Positions 24,101 to 34,700 of a stretch of DNA of 64,000 nucleotides are shown piece by piece; position 1 is the first letter of the stretch, and each line of letters opens with the position of its first letter. A program made the position numbers and the translations under genes. The stretch is from Camelus dromedarius. Lineage: Eukaryota. Location: contig NC_087437.1 in assembly GCF_036321535.1 (NCBI RefSeq), positions 37,016,001 through 37,080,000 of the forward strand, given 5' to 3'. The notes below the pieces were generated by a model. The model made no database searches. It was given only the letters and a program-made list of their open reading frames with translations, and was not told the origin of the DNA.

Positions 24101-26445
24101 AATGCAACATCCATTCATGATAAAAACTCTCACTCTAGTGGATATAGAGGCAACACAGTCAATAAAAGTCATTTATGACAAACCCACAGCCAGTATAATA
24201 TTCAAAGGTGAAAATCTAAATGCCTTCTCACTAAATTCTGGAACAAGACAAGGATGCCTACTCTTACCACTTCTATTCAACTTAGTATTGGAAATCCTAG
24301 CCATGGCAATAGACAAGACAAAAAAATAGCTTATTTTACAGATTCTATAGATTTGAAGGGAAGAGGTCAAACTGTCATTATATGCAGATGACATGACATA
24401 TATAATATGATATATTGATATATGATATAGAAAACCCTAAACACCCCACACAAAAACTATTAGAATTAATATATGAATTCAGCAAGGTAGCAGGAAACAA
24501 GATTAATGTACAGAAATCCGTTGCATTTCTTTACACTAACAATGAAGTATCAGAAAAAGAGAAAGTGAAAAAAACAGTCACATTTAAAATTGCATCAAAA
24601 AATACCTAGGAATAAACTTAACCAAACAGGTGAAAGACCTGTACTTGGAAAACTATAAGACACTGATAAAGAAAACTGAACGTGATACAGTATAATGAAA
24701 AGATATCCAAGTTCATGGGTTGGAAGAATTAATACTGTTAAAATGTCCATACTACCCAAAGCAATCTATAGATTGAATACAACCTCTATCAAAATACCCA
24801 TGACATATTTCACAGAACTAGATCAGATAATCCTACAATATATATGGAACCACAAAGGACCCCAAATTGCCAAAGCAATCTTGAGAAAATATAAAAAAAT
24901 GACATATCATGCCTCCTGACTTCAGACTATACTACAAAGGTGCAGTAATCAAAGCAGTATGGTACTGACATAAAAACAAACACACAGATCAATGGAATAG
25001 AAAATAAAGCCTAGAAATAAACCCATACACTTATAGTTAAATAATTGATGAACAGGATGCAAACATATGATGGAGAAAATGCAGTCCCTTCAATAAATGA
25101 TGCTGAGAAAACTGGACAGCTACATGTAAGAAAATAAAGTTAGAACATTTTCTCACACCATATACAAAAATGAACTCAAATGGATTAAAGACCTAAATGT
25201 AAGATATGAAACCATAAAACCCCTAGAAGAGAACATATGTAGAACATTATTTGACATTAATTGTAGCAGTATTTTTTCATATGTCCCCTCAGGAAAAATA
25301 AACAAAAGCAAAAATAAACAAATAGGTCCTAATTAAAGGTAAAAGGTTTTGCACAGCAAAGGAAATCATTGACAAAACAAAAAGGCTACCCACCTGATGA
25401 GATTAAATATTTCCAAATTATTATGACCAATAAGGGGTTAATATTTAAGCAATATAAACATCTACTGCAACTCAATATCAAAAAAGAAAACAACCTAAAT
25501 AAAAAAAAAAAAAGAAAAAAAAAAGGCACAAGACCTGAATAGACATTCTTCCAAGGAAAACATACAAATGGCACATGAATGGATGCTCAAAATTTCTAAT
25601 CAGAGAAATGCAAATTAAAACCACAATGAGGTATCATCACCTCACACTATCAAAATGTCTATCATAAAAAAGTCTACAGATAACAAATGTTGGCAAGGAT
25701 GTAAAGAAAATGGAACCCCAGTACACTGTTGGTGGGAATGTAAACTGGTGCGACCACTATGGAAAACAGTATGGAGGCTTCTCAAAAACCTAAAAATAGA
25801 ACTAGCATATGATGCAGCAATCCCACTCCTGGGAGTATATATAAAGAACATGAAAAAACTAAATCATAGTTCAAAAAGATACATGCATCACAATGTTCAT
25901 AGTAGCATTATTTATAACAGCCAGGTTATGAAAGCAACCTAAGTACCCATCAACAGATAATGAATAAATAAGATGGGGTATATATACACAATGGATTACC
26001 AGCCATAAAATGAGTGAAATTCTGCCATTTGTAACAATGGAGATGGAACTAGAGGTATTGTTCTTACTGAAATAAGTCAGACAGAGAAAGACAAATACTC
26101 TTTTATATCTCATATTTGTAATCTAAAAATAAAAGGAATGACTAACAGAAAAGAAACAGACTCACAGGTATAGAGAACAAACTAGAGGTTATCAGTGGAA
26201 AGAATAGGGAAGCAGGGAGGGCCAAGATAGGAGTAGGGGATTAAGAGATACAAACTACTACATATAAAATAAATAAGCAGCAAGGAAAGGACATATTGTA
26301 CGTCACAGGAACATACAGCCATTACTTTTAATAACTTTAAATAGAATATAATCTTTAAAAATATCAAATCACTGTTGTACACCTGAAACTAATATAATAT
26401 TGTAAACCAATTGTACTTCAAAAAAATGCAGAAGACTTAAAAAAT
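21190..26445 (+). mobile_element. 5'-truncated LINE-1 (part of ORF1, inter-ORF spacer, ORF2, 3'UTR, A-rich tail), decayed
   Basis: Peptides [72 protein letters not shown]; tatgcagatgacatg (YADDM) ~24381; A-rich tail ~26420-26448. Confidence 0.97.
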
Positions 26446-26453
26446 AAAGTAAC

Positions 26454-26653
26454 TTTTTTTTTTTTGTTTTTATCTTATTTTTTATCGAGTTATAGTCAGT
26501 TTACAATGTTGTGTCAATTCTGGTGTACAGTACAGTTTTTAGTCATACATGAAAATACATATATTTGCTTTCATATTCTTTTTTACTGTGAGCTACTATA
26601 AGACCTTGACTATATTTCCCTATGCTATACAGGGTAAACTTGTTTATCTATTC
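26454..26653 (-). mobile_element. Short L1 3'-end insertion
   Basis: Poly(T) followed by 3'UTR homologous to 57884-58064; TSD taaagtaac (26445-26453) / taaaataac (26654-26662). Confidence 0.88.
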
Positions 26654-26655
26654 TA

Positions 26656-29400
26656 AAATAACATTGTTACCCGTCAACACCTTATTGTTCCTAAACCTCA
26701 AATGTTACTAACATCCATTTCCACTGGAAGCAAATTCTTTACTGTAATTGACATGCAATGCATTCTTTAGTATTTCAGATGAAGCTAGCCAATACCTTTT
26801 TGCCTTCATTTGGGAAGAAAAACAATTCACTTGGATGGTAATGCCTCAGTGTTTTACTGAGAGTCCTTATTTCACAAATCCTGAAGTCTGATCTTGATAA
26901 TATAAAGTTCCCCAGAGGTTCTCTTTGCTGCAATATGTGGATGATTTACTCTTTGCTTTCCTTCTCAATCTTCCTTTCAGGAAGTCAGCATCCACTTGCT
27001 AAAGCTTTTAGCCTTAAAGGGACACAAGTCAGCCAAAGAAAAACTGCAGTTTGTCCAAACCCAGGTTATATATTTAGAGCATGTGCTGTCACAACAAGGG
27101 CTACACCTAGATCCAGATAAACTTCATGGTTTCCTAAGTTTCCCAGTACCCCAAAGTGTCAACTGCATGGCTTTCTTAGGTTAGCTGTTCATTCCAAAAC
27201 TGCATTACAAATTTCTCTTTTATGGCCAAACCTCTGTATGTTATACTAGACAATATCAACCCCTACCCAATTTTATGGGAAGAATTGGAAACAACATTCA
27301 AGGCCGTAAAGGAGGATTTGATGAACCCACCTCCCCTTGGGGACCCCTCTTTCCATATGAGAAGTGAATGCCTTTGGTATTTACACAAAAACACAGGGAC
27401 CACCCATCAACCCTTAGAATGTATACAGTCAGCAGCTGGGCCCTGTGGCATGGGGATACCACCTTGCCTGAGAGCCATTATAGACACTGCCATTTTGGTT
27501 GAGGCCGCTGGGAAAATTGTTATGGAATCCCCTTTAACTACTTTTATACCTCATGCAGCAGATGCTCTCCTGAATTCTTATCATATTCAACATTTCTCAA
27601 TCAGCTTCCTCACCTCCTGAGAAGTCCTTTTGGTAACTGGACCTCACATAATTCTTCCATGCTGTAATAATCCTAACCCAGTTACTTTCTCCCTCCTGTC
27701 ACTGACAAAGTCCCCCATGACTGCTTCACACTGACAGACCATCTCTTGAATCCTCATACTGATCTACTGGAAATTCCTTTGGGTAAGCCTGATTTCTCAT
27801 GGTTCACTGATGGTGTTCTTATTTAAAAGGTGACAATGGCAAATATCCTGCTGGGTTTGTTTTTGCTACTTTTCTCGATGTTAATGAGGCTGTATCCGTA
27901 CCTACAGCCCAACAGGCTGAATTATATACTTTCACACAGGCTTGTACTTTAGACAAGGACAAAACTATCATTATTTATATTGATAGTAGATATATTTTTG
28001 GAATAGCTCATGATTTTAGAATTTTGTAGAAACAACATGCCTTCCTTACTTCCAGTAGAAATAAAATTTGTAACAGCCCCTATGTTCAGGAATTAATGAA
28101 TTCAATACTTTCACCTGTTGCTTTAGCTACTATTAAATTCCCAGGGCATTCAAAACTTGACTGTCTGGAAACTAAGGGCAATCACCTTGCTGATCTCTCT
28201 GAAAAGACTGCTGCCTTTCAAGGGATTAACAGCAGCCAAACCTTTATCACGGTCTGAGGGATACATCCCCAAATGATAACTTAGAAAAACCAGCTACAAA
28301 AGCCCAACAATTAGCCTCAGATAAAGAAAAACAGGATTGGAAATTCAATAATTCTTGCTTTGTTAAAAAGAGAAAGCTCTGCTTTGGACCACATAACAAT
28401 CCAATCCTATTAGAGAGTCTGAAATTCCGCCTCTTCACTACGGTGCATGCATTAAACCTTTGGTTTACTGACAAAATAATAGCACTCATGAATTACTATT
28501 GGTGGGGAAGCATTAACAAGGCTGCAACAAGTACCCAGCTCACTTTCCCCACTTGTATGAAGTACAACCCAGGGAAGCCTGTTCGTATCACTCCTGAACA
28601 TTTCAAACTGCCTGATGGACCGTTGGAGGCCTGGCAAATAGATTTCAACAATTTCCTCTGTCTCAAGGAGTACGTATGTTTTAGTCACAGTCTGTTATGT
28701 TTTCGCACCAGTCTTAAAGTCATCCGTGAAGGCAGGTTATGACCTCTTTTGTAGCTAACTTCCTTTTTAAAAAGATTTCTACCTTGGGAACTCCTCTCAA
28801 ACTTCATATTGTGATCAAAGAATCTATTTTACTGGTCAGGTACTTGATAAGTATGTGCTGTTTGATCAGGTTTACGACACTTTCACTGTGCTTACCACCA
28901 TCAAAATTTCTGGTTTAGTCAAATGCATTAATGGTATTATTAAGACTCAATTGGAAAAATTTGTAGTCTCTCTCCAAATGCCTTGGTCAAAAGCATTGCC
29001 ATTTAGTGTCTAACTCTCAGATCCATTACTTTTGGAACTTATAAATTCTCAACCTTTGAGACAGTCACAGGACACCCAATGCAATGGCTTCTGCTTCTTT
29101 AGACCTGCAATTGATAAAAGGAGAGGTACTCCAATGTGCAAAGGCCAAATTGCTTCTTTTAAAAATAACCATGCTTTGGTAGAGCAATCTTTTCATAGTG
29201 CATTCTCGGGAGACAAAGGTCTTAGGCATTGTACCTTGCAACGTAGAGATTCTGTCTATTAGAAAAGTCTCCTAAAGAAGAATTCTCTTCAGTTTCACTG
29301 GAGAGGGCCCCCATCAGGTACTGCTGACCAACCTTCTTACTGCCAAATTCCAACAGATATACCCTTGGATTCACATGACACACAAAGAAAGCACAAAATT
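26656..29400 (+). pseudogene. pol: Decayed ERV pol (RT from just after the QDLR region, RNase H, integrase)
   Basis: SKFFTVID (~26728), FAFIWEEKQFTWMVMPQ (~26800), LLQYVDDLL (26925-26951), WFTDG (~27800), AQQAEL (~27907), GPLEAWQIDF (~28617), HWRGP (~29296). Confidence 0.93.
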
Positions 29401-29813
29401 CTCACTAGACATGCACATCATCTGGTGACATACAAGTAAAGATTTCCAAGAACTCTAGCAGTCAACATCTGATAGGACAGATCTCCCCAGATATTCAGCC
29501 CAGGACTGCTGGAAGTTTGTTGCCAAACCTCTGATCATGGCATAATGCTTCAGATGATCTCCAGTGTCTTTGATCTTGGTAACATGTGGAGTTAAGACAA
29601 AAGGTGCCTAAGAAGTCTCCCTCCTACCCCTCTTATTACCTGAAGGGGACCTCAGCAGATCCCCAACCTGTCTATCTTCCCTCCAGTGTGAGACACTGCA
29701 CTCAGGAAAGTTCCTTCCTGGGCACTGAGGGACAAAAAATCTCTGAAACTAGAAAACTTGACTCTTGATCAGCGATACTTTCATAGAAAGATCTTGATCA
29801 AAAGGGGAAAATA

Positions 29814-30132
29814 TATAAAAAAAAATTATAAACAGAAACTTCAACTAAATAGAGTTGGGAGAACAGCAGAGTCTCCTCTCAGGTCCCATTAAAAGAGCAG
29901 AGCCCAACAGAAAGACTCTTCTTTCTTGCAAAGAGCTCAGCGAATGAAAAGCCGTAGACTCTGTTTGCTGTAGCCCTCCCAACTTCCTTTTCCCCTAAGT
30001 GAAAGAATTATCTGTCCCTTGTGGGGACATACATGTAGCCTGTCATGGTTCTGGACCCCAAGTTGTAATTCTCTGCTGTTCCCAAATAAACTCACCTTTG
30101 CTGGAGAAATACCTGCCTATTTCAGGTCAACA
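29814..30132 (+). mobile_element. 3' LTR
   Basis: Follows PPT aaaaggggaaaa (29800-29811); 5' TG decayed to TA; AATAAA ~30085; ends ggtcaaca followed by the TSD. Confidence 0.9.
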
Positions 30133-30136
30133 ACAC

Positions 30137-30450
30137 GAAAATCCTATTTACCTCAGTTCCTATTACCTGATACATCATGTAGGGCTTTCAACAAAAAATT
30201 TCAAAGAATGACGAAGGTAGTTAAAGACACAGTCTGAAGAAGCAAAGCAAGATCAGAACCAGACTCAGACATGACACAATGCTGATATTATCAAAAAGGA
30301 AATTTAAAATAACTATGGTAAATATGTTAAAGACTAGTGGGGAAAAGTAGACAAGATACAAAACAGATGAGTAATCTATGTGGAACCACAGACATTCTAA
30401 GAAAGAAACAGAAGAAAATACTAGAAATAAAAACCAGTATACCAGAATTG
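30137..30450 (+). mobile_element. Ancient L1 5'/ORF1 start, right part
   Basis: cagaaccagactcagacatgacac..gaaatttaaaataactatggtaaatatgttaaag is typical of the old L1M ORF1 N-terminal region. Confidence 0.75.
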
Positions 30451-30494
30451 ATTTCCTATTTCTTTTTTTTTTTTTTTTTACAAGGTATTAGGTA

Positions 30495-31012
30495 GCTGAA
30501 ATGAGTGACACAGCTAACTATGAAAAATAGTGGGGCATCTCAGTAGAAGGATGTTAGAAAGAACTTGTAAAATTTGAGCACATGTTAGGTGCTTCTGGAG
30601 AAGGTGCAAATGGATTGGGTCCTTGCTCTGGATTATGTGCTGTCAGTAAGGTAATACTGTGATTGGGTATCATACCAAATCTTATATATAAGTTATGAAA
30701 AATGAAGTTAAGCTAAAAGTCATAGTTGGAAAACAAAACAAAACAAAACATAGTAGCCACTCATTTTAACCAGGAAAGGAAGAGGGTTGGTAACTTTTGC
30801 GGTTTCAATAATGTCCATCTAGTTGTCTGTGTTCAGACCTGGTTATGGCATGATCTTCTTTTCTTAAGCCATCATAGTCACAGAACGGCCTTGTATGACA
30901 TTGGTGTTTTCTTAAAATTATTTTCAACAGAATATCAACATCAAGCTTGGAGGAAAAGGCCCTCTCATTGCAACACCAAAACCTAGCACTCCTGGATGTC
31001 AGGGGCTGCTGG
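30495..31012 (-). mobile_element. Old ERV1 LTR (MER89/MER90/MER110-like)
   Basis: Minus-strand start agcagcccctgacatccaggag matches the recalled 5' end of this LTR group; boundaries approximate. Confidence 0.5.
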
Positions 31013-31439
31013 GTTTTGTTTTTTTGGGTTTTTTGTTTGTTTGTTTGTTTGTTTTGTTTTTTTCAATCATCCAGCTTTATTTTATTCCATATGGTGAACT
31101 ACTTTTTTCAGTAGTATATAATCTGTTTCACTGCCACATTTATCATGCATTAATTTCACATATATACATGGGGCTGATATCTCTATGCTATACTAATATT
31201 TAAATTGAGAGAGAAAAAAAATCAGATCTAAGCTATTTAAAACCCTTTTATTGTCAATGACAGGCTAAAATATTGTCCAATTTTAAGACTGTGTTAAGTA
31301 TCTATGGTGAAATTTATAATGTAGTCATTAAAAAAATTAAAACCACAAAATAAAAAGTGGTCTAATGGGGAAAAGAAGTTAAATAAACAAACATACAAGC
31401 TATCAACAAACAAGAGTTGGTACGGAGCTGAAGGGTAGA

Positions 31440-31790
31440 TGGGGAGAAATCTTAACTCAGCCTGGAGAGGTCAGTCTTTGAGGCAGACTTTAGGCTGAAG
31501 AAGAAATTGAAATCAGAAGCAAGTTCTAAGTCAAGTATTCCGGCGCAGGGAGAGGACGTGGCAAGTGCAGGAGACACTGGCAGGGAAGTGGGGAAGGTGG
31601 GCAGGAAAGGAATGGCAGCCAAGATGTGTCTGTGGAATTCAAAATTAGTTTGGCATAGCTGGAGCAGAAGATAAACAAATGGGAATTGGGGGGGAATTAG
31701 AGAAGGCTTTGGCTTTGTCCACGAACAGATGAAAAACAAGCAAACATTTTAAGCAGGAGGATAACATGACTAAATTTATGACTGCCATAT
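31440..31790 (-). mobile_element. L2 fragment
   Basis: GA-rich antisense L2 motifs (attccggcgcagggagaggac; ttttaagcaggaggataacatgactaaattt). Confidence 0.7.
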
Positions 31791-34700
31791 GAAACATGGA
31801 CATGAGAACAGTCTTTAAAAGACTGAAGGCACAGGAACCATTTGAAGTCTCTCTCCAATAGATCTACAATAACTTCAGAGCACTGACAAAGAAATCCAGG
31901 GACCACTGACTCCCAGGTTCTATTCTGTAATGTTATTTCTGTTGTGGTACATGCATAAACTCTGAACACTGTCAAATTATATGGTCTGTCCAGTCTTTAC
32001 TTTCACAATTTAACGTATCTACTCTTCATTAAGAAACACACCTCTTGTAGTCTCAGTCTTGTAGGACTGAGCCCTTACTCTCTGGGTTGTGATGCTGTCT
32101 CCAGGTAGACAGTGTCAGAATTGAGTTAATCTCTTAGTAGTGTGGGAAAACCATAAACATTGGTTTTGGTATCAGAATCAGTGTCAGAATTGGACAGCCT
32201 TTACTAATTTTTCATGGAATTTCATGATCACAGATTGGTAAGAAGTCACAGAAAAATTGAGCAGGTATTAAAAAGTCTGTAAAGGCCCAAGATGGCCTGC
32301 ATTGCATAGACTTGCTCCAGCCCCAGCAAATAAGATTCAGGATTATTTGAAAAAATAATTTGAATAATAATTTGAAGATACAATTAGGATTAGCTTATAA
32401 CAGTCAAAGGAGAAAGAATAAGGAGAAAATCTCCCTATTAGTACTGAGAATTTTATTATTACTATCTTTTGATAGTTTCACACATTTTAATACATATTTG
32501 ATTGTTCATAACCCGAATTAATAATAATAAATTAGGTAAAACCCACTGTGTATTTAAGACCATATGGTCATCTTTTTCTCTTAAACAAATTAAAAAATAT
32601 ATATTTTCACCTTCTTATGCTGTAGATCAAAATTTATGAAGGAATAGTAAAGACTGTATGAAGAGCCACTAGCAATAATTAGTTTCCAAAATTAGAACAA
32701 AAAACTCACAATTGATCTTTTATAAATTAGTTTTAAATTCCCGGTAGCGCTCATGAATGAATTAAGAAATTACTTTTTAGAGTAATGCAGTTCTGTGTGT
32801 GTGTATAAATATACTCACATACATATATATATATAATGTTTAGCAGGAGAGTAGCTTCTGAATTAAGAAAAGAAAATATTGGTTTTGATTACATAAATCA
32901 TGAAATAAATTCTGAAAACAGAAATTAGAATCCATTCTACACACAGCAGTAGAAACTGCAGTTTCTTTTCATCGGCATAGGCATATCAGTTTCACAAGGG
33001 ACAAATGGGAACCATCATTATGGAAAACTGTGTTCATACCAAGAGGTATGTAGTTTTACAAAGAGGAAAACACTTTTTATTTTACGTCTATTAAAAGGTT
33101 TAGAGTGTTCTCAATTTACAAAAATAAAATTAGGAATATTCCATCCCATTTTGTAGAGGATAAGATGATCCATCTTGATTAGGCTTCCTGTTGAGGCTGA
33201 GTGGTTTTAATACAAGAAGGAAATCAATGGCTGGCCACTGGAATATAATGGATCTGTAATGCTATATTTTAATGAGGTAGCAATGGGAGGCCATTACAAT
33301 GAAATGGATTGACCATCAACAGCACATAAAATAATTTATTAAACAAGCTGATGTGCAGATAATAGGATCAATAAAAGTATGTTGTAGGGATATACAAAAA
33401 AGTGTGAGGGAACAGTTTTCTGGTGAACCTCTAAACTGAGGATTATTATCAAGCAAAAGGGAAAAAATTAATTTGCTAACTAGCATTATATATTAGAACC
33501 TTTTTACATCTTTAAATTATGTTTTGTGTAATTCATGATATAGTACAGTGACAATTCCTAGTACTTTGGATAAAATCTGCAAACATATGTATGCTTTTTG
33601 AAATATGATTAATATTAACTAAGAACATTTTTAATAAATATTAAATATCAAGAGGTTATTTCTTGTCAAATAGTTTATGTCTGGCCTCTCTTAACTTAAT
33701 GCATGTCCTATATAATTATTACCTAATCAATATCATTTTTATAAATGAGAAATAATTCAGTAATGCCAGAAGGAGTTCATTTTGAGAAAGCTACATAAGC
33801 TGGTCATATTCAAAATATAGAGTAAGCACCCCAGTTAACATAGAGAAATACTTACTTTTTAAATATTTCCAGATAATCTCCATATTCTAGAATCTAGGTT
33901 AAAGTAGTAATTTAACCCACCAAAGGCAATGACTCTCTTAGTAAGATGAAATGAAATATGATTCAAATTAATTCAAACTAGAATTGCTTTGAAATTAATG
34001 GGTAAAACTTGATAGTGATATATTAAAAGCTTATCACTGTCAATCTTTAATGAATGCATTTTATTTATTATACTAAGTACAAATAATCAAGTGGTTTCAG
34101 AGATATGAAAATTCAGCCTTCTGGGTTACAAATGTTATTGTTATCTCTCTTGTTTATTCATTGTGATCTTGGCAAAAGTTGTGCATAAGTTAAATTTAAA
34201 TACTCTTCTTAAGGAAAAAATCCATTTGCCTTTTTCAGTATTGCCTTACAATAAGACCAGCGAGTTGAACATTCCTCTTTCTACAACTTGTGAAGTCTTT
34301 GTTTTAGACCTGACTTTTTTTTCCCTTTGGAAGTTGAGATGGATACATGTATCATATAGCTCCACACATGCACCCTGAAAGCTGCCAGTAAAATATAACT
34401 AAGTAACCAAATAAGCTCTTTTCTTTAGTAAAGATACATTACAAGGAAAGTTTTACTTCTTTTAAATAATGAAAAAAAAAATCACTCACTTTGAAACATC
34501 ACTTCCAAGAAAGCTTCATTAACAACATAGCTCATATTCCTTTCATATGTAATCTGTTCATGGAGAAAGGAAAAAATTTAATCAAAAATTCCAAATAAAA
34601 CTAACAGAAATCTATATTATAAATTAAAAATAAAACCTTAAAAGTTTTGAAAATATATCTCTTATGGTTAAACCCTGATTAATTCAGTTAACAAACATTC

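Larger units (their letters stand above)
20911..30132 (+). mobile_element. Second ERV1 provirus (MER34/MER39-group-like LTRs), env-less, disrupted by an L1
   Basis: Homologous LTRs at 20911-21190 and 29814-30132; 4-bp TSD ACAC (20907-20910 / 30133-30136); pol motifs at 26660-29400. Confidence 0.93.

Noticed and set aside
32110..32192. 14-bp direct repeat cagtgtcagaattg about 70 bp apart
   Set aside because: No poly(A) or element between the copies; too short to interpret.
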